From the NCBI GenBank assembly GCA_026395595.1, contig JAPLYL010000002.1:122111-186110 (forward strand): DNA of 64,000 bases, given 5' to 3'. Below are positions 9,869 to 20,351 of this stretch, piece after piece. Positions within the stretch are counted from its first letter, which is position 1; the number at the start of each line of letters is the position of its first letter. A program made the position numbers and the translations under genes. Under the pieces are notes generated by a model. That model searched no databases, was not told the DNA's origin, and saw nothing but the letters and a program-made list of their open reading frames with translations. Origin of the DNA: Candidatus Parcubacteria bacterium (lineage in GTDB: Bacteria; Patescibacteriota; Minisyncoccia; Phycocordibacterales; CAIJYI01).

Positions 9869-11414
9869 TCAGTTCTTCTTCTCCCTATACCCCAACGCTT
9901 CGGCGAGATGTTTATCTTGTATGTTTTCACTTCCTGCCAAGTCGGCGATGGTTCGCGCAAGTTTTATAATCCGATGATACGCGCGCGGTGAAAGACCCAT
10001 GCGGGTTGCGGCGGAATTGAGGAGGTTTTTTTCTTTTTCTCCGAGCGGAGCGAATTTTTCCAAGTCTTTCGCGCTCATTTCGGAATTGGTATTTATACGT
10101 TTGCCTTCAAATCGTTTCGTTTGTGTTTCGCGAGCTTTTAAAACACGGTCGCGAATATTTTTTGAAGTATCGGTTCCCTCCGGCGCTTTGTCGGAAAGTT
10201 TTTTGTAATCAATTTCGGCGACGGGCAAAAAGATATCAATGCGATCCATAATTGGGCCGGAAAGTTTGCGTTCATATTTGTATATGTCGCCGGCCGAGCA
10301 GACGCACTCCTTTTTAGTACCCTTAAATCCGCACGGACAGGGATTCATCGCGGCGACCAAGATGAAATTCGCCGGAAACACTTCTGTCCCCTTCGCGCGA
10401 CTGATTGAAACAAATTTTTCTTCAAGCGGTTCTCGCAAGCTTTCCAAAACTCGTTTTTCAAATTCGGGAAACTCATCTAAAAACAAGACTCCGCGATGTG
10501 CGAGGGTTACTTCGCCCGGTTTTGGAAAAGCTCCGCCTCCGATCAGTGAAACATATGAAGAAGTATGATGCGGAGCGCGAAATGGGGCGGTGGTGACAAG
10601 CGGTTCTTTAAGTGTGCCGGAAATAGAGTGAATCCCCGTTATCTCCAGAGCTTCTTCAAAAGAAAGTTCTGGCAGTAATTGCGAAAAAGCGCGCGCCAGC
10701 ATAGTTTTCCCTGTACCGGGCGGGCCGAACATAAGAACATTATGCTTTCCTGTTGCGGCGATTTCCAAACCTCGTTTTGCGGTTTCTTGCCCCCCGTACG
10801 TCTTCAAAGCCGTATTCACGCAGTGTTTCTCTTTTTTCAACTCTTCCCGGAACATGAGGCGGAATAGCCTTCGAAGCTGTTTCATCTTCAGATGTCATAG
10901 TATTCAGGTGTCTAATGACCTGTAAAAGCGTTTTACATCCAAAAACCGTAATACCCTCAATGATTGAGGCTTCATCTGCATTCTCATATGGCAGAAAAAC
11001 TTCGGTAAAACCTTTTTCTTTTGCTTTTTGAACCAGAGGAAGCGCCCCTTTAATAGGACGCAGTTCCCCGTTTAATCCGAGTTCTCCCAAGAAAAGTTTT
11101 TCTTTGGTATCAAACTTTATTTCTCCGCCGGCTAACAAGTATGTTAATGCGCACGCGAGATCAAAAAGAGTCCCCTCTTTTTTTATATTTGCCGGAGTGA
11201 GAGAAATTATTATTTTCTGATTTTTTGCTTTCGGTGATTTATACCCGGAATTCTTTATTGCTGCGGAAATGCGGTCTTTTGATTCATCAACGGATTTGTC
11301 GGGAAGTCCTACGACGGAAAAAGAGGCCATTCCTTTAGAAATATCCACTTCCACACAGACAATATGAGCGCGCAGTCCGACAGATTGAGCGCTATAACTT
11401 TTTGCGAAACCCAT
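9869..11414 (-). pseudogene. comM: YifB/ComM Mg-chelatase-like AAA+ ATPase, frameshifted at a G6 run (10790-10795)
   Basis: N-half VGLPDKSVDESKDRI/GELGLNGELRP and C-half GPPGTGKT, FRAPHHT, LFLDEF; removing one G restores FEDVRGQETAKR. Confidence 0.9.
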
Positions 11415-11499
11415 GATACATAAGAAATAAGCAAAAAGAAACAAGAGAAAAGGAAAGTTACCCCCCTATTTTTCTTATTGCTTTTTTCTTTTTTCTCGT

Positions 11500-11862
11500 T
11501 TAATTGTTAATATGCTCTTTACATGTTTCTGCTGCTGGATTTGCTTCCAAACGGTCATCTTCTATTTCTCCTTGGCAAACTCGGCAAATGCCGTACTCCC
11601 CTTTTTCTATTCTTTCAAGAGCCGCTTTTATCTCATTAAAACGGACTTCCAGTTCTGTTTCAACCGCGCTTCTTTCTTCAAATTCTTCAAATTTGTCCGC
11701 GAGAGAATTTTCATCTTCGGTATCAATATCTTGCGTGTCTCCCGGAGTTGCCTCCCAGTCATTCGGATTTGACGGGTTTATTCGTCCGACGCCTTTCAGT
11801 TCTTCTCCAAGTTGTTTCTTTTCCATTAAAAGCGCTTCCTTAAAGTGTTCAATGTTTTTCAT
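11500..11862 (-). CDS. TraR/DksA C4-type zinc finger protein
   Basis: ALERIEKGEYGICRVC...RLEANPAAETCKEH. Confidence 0.9.
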   Translation of the reverse strand: MKNIEHFKEALLMEKKQLGEELKGVGRINPSNPNDWEATPGDTQDIDTEDENSLADKFEEFEERSAVETELEVRFNEIKAALERIEKGEYGICRVCQGEIEDDRLEANPAAETCKEHINN

Positions 11863-12136
11863 ATGCGTTTATGATAGCAAATTTTTTTTCTTGCTACAAT
11901 TATTTCTATTTTATCCAAGCTATTCACATCTCCCCCTTATTTTTCTCGTCATTCTACCGCAAAGGTACCCAGTTTTCATAACCGCTTCATTCCTTCAGAA
12001 TTACCCTAAGTTTACTTGACATTACTTTTTATGTTGTATACTGTATAACAACTTAAGTCACTGGTGTGATTTAGGTAAGTAGGCTTCTGCAGAAGCAGAA
12101 ACTATATGTCTTTGTTCTATGAAATAGGAAAAGAAA

Positions 12137-12475
12137 ATGATATTTATAAAAGATTGCGTTACCCGCCAAAAGTTTATTGAGTTAGTTGAATTTAGTCTTG
12201 CGCCAGAGTGTCAGTTCTTAATAGCCGTGAAACCAAAAACGAATATTGTTAATGATCATTTGTTTCAAAATGGTTCTATTATATCCTTTCTGAAGGTTGA
12301 AGAACACATTTTTGAAGATGTTGACGCGCAAGGTTTAGCAACACTTTGGGCCGGATTTTCAGTGAAAATTCTTGTTGAAGACGAGTATTGGGTTAAAAAA
12401 GAAAAAAGATACTACAAGTCAGAAATAACTCCTCCTGAAATTCTAAATAAAGTTGCCGAAATTTTAAGTCGGTAA
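12137..12475 (+). CDS. Hypothetical protein
   Basis: 112-aa ORF with upstream TTGACA promoter-like sequence and downstream hairpin. Confidence 0.55.
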   Translation: MIFIKDCVTRQKFIELVEFSLAPECQFLIAVKPKTNIVNDHLFQNGSIISFLKVEEHIFEDVDAQGLATLWAGFSVKILVEDEYWVKKEKRYYKSEITPPEILNKVAEILSR

Positions 12476-12529
12476 ATAGCGATTAATCCTATCACACCCC
12501 TTTGATACTATCAAAGGGGTGTTTTTCTC

Positions 12530-13807
12530 TTACTTTTTCTTTAACTCCACATCAAGCCGTCGGGAAAGTTCAAAAAGCGTATTGTTATTTGTGGTGATAA
12601 TAAGAGTATTTTGGTCTTTGAACATATAGACAAGAGCGATGCTTTTATCAAAATTGTATAAAACGCGCGTATCTTTGTTTTTTGTGACCAGGTCGCTCCA
12701 TGTTCTTTGTCCGAGTTCGCCTTCTCCAATCGTTCCAAAAAGAGGTTTTAGATCTTGAGCCATGGTCCCTTCCCACCCAAGCATTCCCACAAAAGCGTTG
12801 TCATAATAATCTGTTTTGAGAATAAGAAATGGCTGGTTTCCGTTGAAGGTATGGTATCCAAACATGAAATCATCCTTTATGGTGCGAAGAATTATTTGAG
12901 GAACCGGTATTTCAAGTTTTTCAATAATTTTTTTTGCTGAAATTAAATTTTTCTTTTTAACAAGACCTGTATCGGTTTGAGTCAGGAGGGTTTCCGTAAA
13001 AAAGAGATATTTTACGGTATCAAGCTTTGGTTTTGAAGAAGTTACCTCCTGCTGAATTTCTTGAGAAAGAACTTTTTCATTTTTTTCATCGGTGGAAATT
13101 TCCTGTATTTGTTCCGTACTGATAAGAGGAACCACTTTAACCTCAGTAAGAAGTTGTTCTCCTTTTGATGGCAGGAAAAAAGTGTAATAGACAACTCCGG
13201 CGGTCGCCAAAAAGAAAAGAGTGGAAAGAACGATAAGAGTGATATTTTTTCGTGATTTTGGTGATTCCCTCTCTTCTTTTTTGTATTTGTTTTTTTGTTC
13301 TTCCAAAACCATTCGGACGAGAGAAGTTTTTTGGTCTTTAATCACTCCCGCTACATCTTTTTTGTAGGTACGAAGAGTCGGAATATCTGATGGGTCTACT
13401 TTTGTTTGCGTTTTTATTTCATCAAGCTTCTCTTTAGGCAGAATGGATATTTTTTTTGCGCTTGTGTTTTGTTGTGGAATATCGTCAGTTTTTGTATGAG
13501 ATTCTTTTGTTTTTTCAATCGGCGCAATATCGCTCATATCAATCGTTGGCTCAAGTATTTTGCTTTGTTCTGGAAGATGGGAACCCCTTAAGATATCAAC
13601 AGTTTCTTCAGTCTGTTTTTTTTGAGGTATAGAAGGAATAACTGTTTCCGAAGGTGTTTGCTCTTTTTGCGGCACATCAAAAACGATACCTTCACTGAGT
13701 AACAGTGATGGATTCTTTTGCGGTATATCAAAAGGAATGTTTTTGTCCGCATTTTTCTGCGGGATATTCCCTAAAATTCCCTTTTTTGGAATTTTGTCTT
13801 CATCCAT
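12530..13807 (-). CDS. Single-pass membrane hypothetical protein
   Basis: 425 aa: disordered N-terminus, LRTYKKDVA, TM segment, C-terminal domain. Confidence 0.75.
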   Translation of the reverse strand: MDEDKIPKKGILGNIPQKNADKNIPFDIPQKNPSLLLSEGIVFDVPQKEQTPSETVIPSIPQKKQTEETVDILRGSHLPEQSKILEPTIDMSDIAPIEKTKESHTKTDDIPQQNTSAKKISILPKEKLDEIKTQTKVDPSDIPTLRTYKKDVAGVIKDQKTSLVRMVLEEQKNKYKKEERESPKSRKNITLIVLSTLFFLATAGVVYYTFFLPSKGEQLLTEVKVVPLISTEQIQEISTDEKNEKVLSQEIQQEVTSSKPKLDTVKYLFFTETLLTQTDTGLVKKKNLISAKKIIEKLEIPVPQIILRTIKDDFMFGYHTFNGNQPFLILKTDYYDNAFVGMLGWEGTMAQDLKPLFGTIGEGELGQRTWSDLVTKNKDTRVLYNFDKSIALVYMFKDQNTLIITTNNNTLFELSRRLDVELKKK

Positions 13808-14042
13808 ATGAAATTATGGTTAATAAAACCGATCTGGTTTTATGTCGCGTGATTATATTTTTGAGATGTTTCCTTTTTTTTGATTCTTTAATTTCAACCC
13901 AACCGAAATAACACATCCCTCTTTTATAATATCACTTCCTTTACTTACGCGAAACGGTGGAATTTCTGAAATGTGGACAAGTCGCCATCATATTTTCATT
14001 TTGCAAAAAAAGTCCCGGCTATTTGCCGGGACTTTTTAAAAA

Positions 14043-16268
14043 TTAAGATCTATTCGTACGCGGTGTAAAAGGACGGTCATGTCCGCCTCTGAATGTTCCG
14101 CGGTCTCCTCCAAAAGTTCTTCCCTGAGATCCGCTCGGACCAACACCCGGTGCTGCCGGTTTGACGCCTTTTCTTGCGGCAAATTCCGGATCGGCTTGCT
14201 TGATGGAAAGTTTCATTTTTCCTCGGTCATCAACTTCACGGATCATAACAGTGACTTCCTCCCCTTCTTGTACGACATCGCTTACTTTATTTACTCGGAA
14301 CGGGGCTAACTCCGAAATATGAACGAGCCCCTCGTTGTTTATGCCGAATTGCACGACGGCTCCGATATCATCCAAGACTTTGATGACCTTTCCGGTATAT
14401 TTTTCTCCCGGTTTGTAAACATGAGTCATTCCTTCAATAAATTTCTTTGCTTTTTCCGCTCCGCCGCCTTTTCCGGTGATAAATACCGTACCGTCATCGT
14501 CAATATCTATTTCCGTCCCAGTCGCTTCGCGTATTTTATTGATTATTTTTCCTCCCGGGCCGATAATACCTCCTATTTGTTCGGGAAGAATTTTAACCGT
14601 CAAAATTTTTGGCGCAAAGAGTGAAATATCCGCGCGAGGAGTTGCCAATTCTTTCTCAATGACATCAAGAATCTGAAGGCGAGCGGTTTTTGCCTTTGCA
14701 AAAGATTCCGTAAGAATTTTTACCGGTATGCCGTCTACTTTAACGTCCATCTGTATGGCGGTAATTCCTTCGCGAGTCCCGGCCACTTTCAAGTCCATAT
14801 CTCCGTGGTGATCTTCCGGACCTTGAATGTCCATGAGAATTTTGTAAGTCTTTTCGTCTTCCATCATGAGGCCCATCGCGATGCCGGCAACCGGCGCTTT
14901 GATAGGCACTCCGCCGTCCATAAGCGCCAAGGTTGAACCGCAAACCGAAGCCATAGAGGTTGAACCGTTTGATGCCATAGATTCGGATACGACGCGAATC
15001 GTATACGGGAAAATATCTTTTGTCGGGAGTACGGGGATAAGCGCTTTTTCTGCAAGTGCTCCGTGTCCGATCATTCTTCGGTTCGTTCCGCCCATTCTTC
15101 CTGTTTCACCGCCTGAATACGGAGGAAAATTGTAATGATGCATATACGTCTTCTCTTTTTCAGATCCGTCTATCGTTTGAGAATCTTTTGGCCCACCAAG
15201 AGTCAAGACAGAAAGAACATGCGTTCCTCCGCGATAAAATACGCCGGTACCATGAAGTACGGAAGAAATTCCGCCCGCTTTTGCCGAAAGATTTCGCAGT
15301 TCGTCCATCCCGCGTCCATCCGGTCTGCTGTTGTTTTTTATGGCCTCTTTGTGGAGAAGTTCATTTACTTGGTGGTGGAAATACTCTTTTGCTTTCCCCA
15401 CATCTTCGCCGGGAAGTTTTTCTTCTACTATTTTCCCCCATTCTTCCTCTAATTCATAACCGATTTTGCTTCCGGGGCCGACATAGAGCTTTTCTTTTAA
15501 TGTTTTTCCGACCTCTTCTTCAAAAAGGGCTTTAACGACAGCCGAATGACCAGTTGCGGGAATCAAAACTTTCTTTTTTCCTATTTCCTTCACAATCATT
15601 TTTTGGAAATCTTGGAGATTTTCAAGTTCTTTCTTTGCTTTTTCCAAGGCCTTGCTTGCTGTTTCTTCGTTTATTTCTTTTCCTCCGAGTTCTATCATAT
15701 TGATATTACCGTCTTTTCCGCAGACCGTCATATCCATTTCGTATTCGGGAAGTTCTCGTTCTGTGTTATTCGGATTGACGATAAATTCCGCTACTCCTTT
15801 TTTCTTCCCCAGTCTCAAAGCGGAAACCGGGCCATTGAAAGGAATATCGGAAGTGGCAAGAGCCAAAGAACCGGCAATAACGGAAAGAACATCAGTCTCG
15901 CATTCCCCAAGTGCCAATACCGTAATAACCACCTGTATTTCTTTGCGAATATGCTGGTCAAAGAGCGGTCTGATGGTTCGGTCTACAACGCGTCCGGAAA
16001 GTATGCCTTCGTTTGAGGGCTTCCCTTCTCTTCGCACATAACGGCTTCCAAGAATTTTCCCCGAAGCGTAAAAGCGTTCTTCGTAATCAACGGTGAGGGG
16101 CAGATAATCAATACCTTCTCTTTCGTTGCCTCCGATAACGGCGGTAGCGAGTACGACGGTGTCGTTATATCGCACGATAACCGAGCCATTCGTCTGGTCA
16201 GCAAGGTCAGTAAATTGAGCAATCAACGGTTTCCCCCCTATTTCTACGGAGTATTCTTTGCTTTGCAT
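14043..16268 (-). CDS. pnp: Polyribonucleotide nucleotidyltransferase
   Basis: PLTVDYEER, HHYNFPPYS, SNGSTSMASVC, GDMDLKVAGT, KH and S1 domains; start at MQSKEY. Confidence 0.97.
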   Translation of the reverse strand: MQSKEYSVEIGGKPLIAQFTDLADQTNGSVIVRYNDTVVLATAVIGGNEREGIDYLPLTVDYEERFYASGKILGSRYVRREGKPSNEGILSGRVVDRTIRPLFDQHIRKEIQVVITVLALGECETDVLSVIAGSLALATSDIPFNGPVSALRLGKKKGVAEFIVNPNNTERELPEYEMDMTVCGKDGNINMIELGGKEINEETASKALEKAKKELENLQDFQKMIVKEIGKKKVLIPATGHSAVVKALFEEEVGKTLKEKLYVGPGSKIGYELEEEWGKIVEEKLPGEDVGKAKEYFHHQVNELLHKEAIKNNSRPDGRGMDELRNLSAKAGGISSVLHGTGVFYRGGTHVLSVLTLGGPKDSQTIDGSEKEKTYMHHYNFPPYSGGETGRMGGTNRRMIGHGALAEKALIPVLPTKDIFPYTIRVVSESMASNGSTSMASVCGSTLALMDGGVPIKAPVAGIAMGLMMEDEKTYKILMDIQGPEDHHGDMDLKVAGTREGITAIQMDVKVDGIPVKILTESFAKAKTARLQILDVIEKELATPRADISLFAPKILTVKILPEQIGGIIGPGGKIINKIREATGTEIDIDDDGTVFITGKGGGAEKAKKFIEGMTHVYKPGEKYTGKVIKVLDDIGAVVQFGINNEGLVHISELAPFRVNKVSDVVQEGEEVTVMIREVDDRGKMKLSIKQADPEFAARKGVKPAAPGVGPSGSQGRTFGGDRGTFRGGHDRPFTPRTNRS

Positions 16269-16469
16269 ATTTTTACGGAGTGGTCGCCAGATTCTAGTAC
16301 TGAAACAGAAAAAACTCATATTTCAATCCTAATATCCGCCGATCACCATTATTTTTGTAATGAATAATGCAAACACTATATCAATGTTTAAAAGAGAAAA
16401 CAAAGTTGACAAAGATATGTAAATGATTTAGATTAATAATCGGATTTGATACAGAGGGAGAAAAAAAAG

Positions 16470-16748
16470 ATGTCATTAGTTGAAATTACCGAAGAACAAC
16501 AAAAAATTTTAGACAAATATGAGTTTGAACGCCTTGCTTCAGAAAGAGACGAGATTACAAAGAAAATTTTTGTGTACAGATTTTTAACTTTTAAACCGAT
16601 GATTTTTGAAGAAGATCCTGAACTTCTGGAAAAACTCAACGAAAAAATTCGTTTAGGTGAATCTCAGCAAAAAGAAGTTGACATAAAACTTGCTGTTCTC
16701 CGTAAAAAACTCGGCATAGAAACACCGACCATCAATACAGAGTTGTAA
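16470..16748 (+). CDS. Hypothetical protein
   Basis: ORF with GGGAG upstream and a terminator hairpin downstream. Confidence 0.55.
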   Translation: MSLVEITEEQQKILDKYEFERLASERDEITKKIFVYRFLTFKPMIFEEDPELLEKLNEKIRLGESQQKEVDIKLAVLRKKLGIETPTINTEL

Positions 16749-16782
16749 AAAGCTTAAAAACGCCCAGAATCTGGGCGTTTTT

Positions 16783-17508
16783 TTATAATTTTTGAAATAA
16801 AAGCTTGAATATTTTTCGCTGAAATTCCGCAATCATAGGATTTTCAATAATAACAGCCGTTTCGGTATTATAATCAACGAAAGCTATTTTATCGCCGTAA
16901 ATAAGCTGGGTTATGTCATATTCAAAAAGGTCAAAACTTTTCGGAATTATTTTTACCGATTTTTCAAACTTTATTTTTTTCCATTTTTTTGAACCTTCAT
17001 TCGTGATGACATACCTTTCCAGTTGTTTTTCATCGCGCAGTTTTGTGTAATTTTCCGAAACATAATATCCTCGTTTTTTCAGTATGGTGGGGGAACTGTA
17101 TCGATAAAACGTATCCCCTTTTTTGAGAGTGGCGACAATATCGTCATAAACCTTTCGTACTCCCTCTGTACCGTCAAGAAAGATGGTAAACGGTCGTTTT
17201 TCTTTTTTGTTGAATTCTGACAACATTTCAGGAAGAGCGCGGTTGAGATCGTTGCCAAGAGAAGATAGCAGAGAAGCAAGTTTTTCCGGCGATGCCGCCA
17301 TAAACAACTTTCTTTTTCCTTTTATGGTTGTGTTTACCAAATTTCGTTCTTGAAGTTTTGGAAGCACTTTATACACTTCCGGACGATACAATTTTGTTGC
17401 GGCGGATATTTGAGAAATAGAAAGATTGCCTTTGTGTAAAAGAGCAAGGTATACAGCGCTTTCTTCTTTTGAAAGTCCTATTTTTTGTAAAATATCATTT
17501 GTTTCCAT
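16783..17508 (-). CDS. TrmB-family transcriptional regulator
   Basis: LQKIGLSKEESAVYLALL wHTH, IYGDKIAF, IENPMIAEFQRKIF. Confidence 0.88.
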   Translation of the reverse strand: METNDILQKIGLSKEESAVYLALLHKGNLSISQISAATKLYRPEVYKVLPKLQERNLVNTTIKGKRKLFMAASPEKLASLLSSLGNDLNRALPEMLSEFNKKEKRPFTIFLDGTEGVRKVYDDIVATLKKGDTFYRYSSPTILKKRGYYVSENYTKLRDEKQLERYVITNEGSKKWKKIKFEKSVKIIPKSFDLFEYDITQLIYGDKIAFVDYNTETAVIIENPMIAEFQRKIFKLLFQKL

Positions 17509-17512
17509 GATA

Positions 17513-17544
17513 TGTATTATATTTAATACACATTTTATTGTCAA
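17513..17544 (-). promoter_or_regulatory. Sigma70 promoter (TTGACA-17-TATAAT) with overlapping palindrome
   Basis: On the minus strand TTGACA 17544-17539 and TATAAT 17521-17516; palindrome tgtatta-tatt-taataca at 17513-17530. Confidence 0.75.
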
Positions 17545-17683
17545 TAATATGGCTTACAATATAATAAAAATAGAAAACAGATAAAAATATCATACAAATG
17601 TGAACAATAAAATAACAAATTTATTTACCGTTGATATATAGTGGAAACAGAACTTCATTGATAACAATATAAAAGGGGTTGCC

Positions 17684-18112
17684 ATGAACGACATCACTCA
17701 AAAAACATTCAGCGTTATTTGCCAAAAATGGGAAGAAAGCGAAAGTGGTTGGGGTTCCAGACCGGACGGATACAGCCTGCATTTGTCTTTTGAAGACAGC
17801 AAAGCTTTTATTGACGGTTATTGGAAAGGAATGCCGGACGAAGTTCCGGACGAATACTCCCGCCCTTGCGGTACTGTTTATAAATGTTTTGTCTCTGAAG
17901 AAGTTTATTTAGAAGTAAAAGCAAGTTCGAATGGGTTGCGGTTTTGGAATGACGACTATCCCGTCGGCGACACCGATGGATGGATGAATGTTCCAAATAC
18001 CCCAGACCTCTCTTCTGATGAGAAGGAAACATTGGTGATGGTTGAAGCGGTAAAAAAACTTCTTTCTTTACCACAAAAAGATTTATTAGAATTGCTTAAA
18101 AAATACCAATAA
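17684..18112 (+). CDS. Hypothetical protein
   Basis: 142-aa ORF (WEESESGWGSRPDGYSLH) with AAGGGG RBS. Confidence 0.7.
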   Translation: MNDITQKTFSVICQKWEESESGWGSRPDGYSLHLSFEDSKAFIDGYWKGMPDEVPDEYSRPCGTVYKCFVSEEVYLEVKASSNGLRFWNDDYPVGDTDGWMNVPNTPDLSSDEKETLVMVEAVKKLLSLPQKDLLELLKKYQ

Positions 18113-18143
18113 ATCAAACACTATATAGATAAAAGGTATCTTT

Positions 18144-18770
18144 ATGGACATAAACAAAAATATCACTAATCGTGAACTTTTTTTAAAAAAGTTCAGCCCC
18201 TATTTGAGCGCTTTTGGAATGGAACGCATCTATGATGCTTATAGATTTGCAAAATATGCTCATAAAGAACAGTATCGCACTGATGGTTGCCGATATGTTG
18301 AACACCCTCGCGCTATGGTTAAGATTCTTGCTGATGAGCTCGGTATCGTTAATGATTGGAAGCTTATCGTCACCGCTCTTCTTCATGATGTTTGGGAGGA
18401 CACATGGCTTTTGACCCCAAGTTTGACCAAAAAGATATTCGGCGGAGATATTGCCTTATGGCTTTCTTTTTTAACGAGAGAAAAAGAGCACAGTAAAGAA
18501 GAATTTCCCAGGTATATTGGCAAAATATCGGAATCCGGTATCTGGCAAGTTGTTTTGATTAAGGTCTGCGATCGATTGCATAATTTGCGGACTTTGAAAA
18601 ATCTTGATATTGACCGACAAAAAAGATATTTGCACGAAACTGAAACGTATTTTTATGATCTTGCGAAGGTTCTGATCCAGCTTGCGCCTAAACGTTTAAG
18701 TAAAAAAATGGTACTTCTGGAACAGGCGCTTATTTTTGAAATAAATACCTTGAAAATCGCAAGATCATAA
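18144..18770 (+). CDS. HD-domain (p)ppGpp hydrolase-like protein (RelA/SpoT HD, MESH1/SAH type)
   Basis: AHKEQYR, YVEHP, ALLHDVWEDT, IKVCDRLHNLRTL; no synthetase domain. Confidence 0.88.
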   Translation: MDINKNITNRELFLKKFSPYLSAFGMERIYDAYRFAKYAHKEQYRTDGCRYVEHPRAMVKILADELGIVNDWKLIVTALLHDVWEDTWLLTPSLTKKIFGGDIALWLSFLTREKEHSKEEFPRYIGKISESGIWQVVLIKVCDRLHNLRTLKNLDIDRQKRYLHETETYFYDLAKVLIQLAPKRLSKKMVLLEQALIFEINTLKIARS

Positions 18771-18889
18771 GGTTTTAAAGACAAAAAGATTTGACCTGAA
18801 GACCGCCTTAATCGGCGGTCTTTTTTATTTCTCATTTATATTCGCAGGTATTCCTTGCTCAATTCCCTTTCCTCTATTATTCTTATGAT

Positions 18890-19663
18890 ATGAAAATCAT
18901 CTCTTGGAACATCAATGGTATTCGCGCGACAAATAAGAAGAAGCTTTTTCTTCCTTTTTTGGAACAAGCAAAACCAGACATTCTTTGTCTGCAAGAAACA
19001 AAAGTGACCAAAGAACAACTTCCGGAAGAGTTAGTTACCATACCAGGATATTTCTCGTATTTTGCCTCGCCGGATACCAAGAAGGGGTATAGCGGGGTGG
19101 CTATTTATACCAAAGAAGAGCCGATAAAGATTGAATACGGAATAGGAAATCCCGAATTTGATAAGGAAGGTCGTGTTATTGTGGCCTATTACCCCGAATT
19201 TGTGCTTTTAAACGCATATTTTCCGAACGGCGGAGGAGGAGAAGAACGATTGAAGTATAAAATGGATTTTTATGATGCTTTTCTTTCTTTTATAGACCGT
19301 TTAAGGAAGAATGGACACAAAATTATTTTTTGCGGAGATGTAAATACGGCGCATGAAGAAATAGATCTTGCGCGTCCAAAACAAAATGAAGATAATACCG
19401 GATTTCTTCCCGAGGAACGCGCGTGGATTGATGAGGTCATCTCACACGGTTATACCGACACTTTTCGCAACGAACATCCGACAAAAAAAGATATTTATAC
19501 CTTCTGGGATATGAAGAGTCACGCGCGCGATAGAAATGTCGGTTGGAGAATAGATTATTTTTTTGTTAGCAACAATCTTTTACCGAAAATAAAGTCAACA
19601 CATATTTTATCTAATATTCTCGGTTCTGATCACTGCCCAATTTCGCTCTCAATAGAGCCGTAG
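18890..19663 (+). CDS. xth: Exodeoxyribonuclease III
   Basis: SWNING, LCLQETK, GDVNTAH, GWRIDYF, GSDHCP. Confidence 0.96.
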   Translation: MKIISWNINGIRATNKKKLFLPFLEQAKPDILCLQETKVTKEQLPEELVTIPGYFSYFASPDTKKGYSGVAIYTKEEPIKIEYGIGNPEFDKEGRVIVAYYPEFVLLNAYFPNGGGGEERLKYKMDFYDAFLSFIDRLRKNGHKIIFCGDVNTAHEEIDLARPKQNEDNTGFLPEERAWIDEVISHGYTDTFRNEHPTKKDIYTFWDMKSHARDRNVGWRIDYFFVSNNLLPKIKSTHILSNILGSDHCPISLSIEP

Positions 19664-19690
19664 TTTGTCGTGTCCTTTAAGGAAATTTAG

Positions 19691-19709
19691 TTATCCACAG
19701 TTATCCACA
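19691..19709 (+). promoter_or_regulatory. Two tandem DnaA boxes
   Basis: TTATCCACA at 19691 and 19701. Confidence 0.7.
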
Positions 19710-19953
19710 TTAAAGGACTTGCGTATAAAGGACAAGGAAGTATAATAATAATCAGATAGTGATTCAATAAATAGATAACCAAGGGAACTTATTTGTTCTA
19801 CCGCCTCAACAAAGGCAACCATCTATAAAAACATTATCATAGTCAGTCACATTTGTTCTTTCCTAGGTCACAAAAAATAGAATATACCCCAAGGGCCGCA
19901 CATGCGGCCCTTTATTTATTATTGGTGCTAACCGAGCGGTCTTTTTCGCGACC

Positions 19954-20032
19954 TTTGCTTTATTTTTTAAAAATTATCGTGGAGCAGTACTATTTGTACA
20001 GCTCCGCGATAATTTTTAAAAAATAAAGCAAA
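19954..20032. repeat. Long palindrome with 37-bp arms
   Basis: 35/37 complementary, 5-nt loop. Confidence 0.85.
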
Positions 20033-20128
20033 TTCTTGCCCTGCCGTAGCTTTAGCGAAGGAGGGTCATCGAAAAATCCTCGCTCTTTGTTTTGTTGTGT
20101 TTACAGGTGATTCTGAACCATAAGCCTC

Positions 20129-20265
20129 TGAATCCAAAAACTCCTTTTTCCCATCCAAATAACCCCTCCCGTCATGCCGGGCTTGACCCGGCATCCACGT
20201 AGTTAAGCGGTATTTCATAGATCCCGGGTCAAGACCGGGATGACGACTGAGAGTTTTTGGATTCA
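20129..20265. mobile_element. MITE-like element with TGAATCCAAAAACTC terminal inverted repeats and internal CGTC-type REP doublet
   Basis: tgaatccaaaaactc...gagtttttggattca enclosing cgtcatgccgg...ccgggatgacg; related copies at 21263, 42055, 45723. Confidence 0.7.
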
Positions 20266-20351
20266 AGGATAAGCTTTTTTGACTTAAGGCACAATATCAA
20301 TTACTATCTATGTTGGAAACACTGTATTTTTACTGCAAAAAGGAGTAGATT

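Noticed and set aside
8720-10480. comM duplicate as a DGR template/variable repeat pair
   Set aside because: Differences are mostly synonymous and involve all four bases; the repeat is ~610 bp
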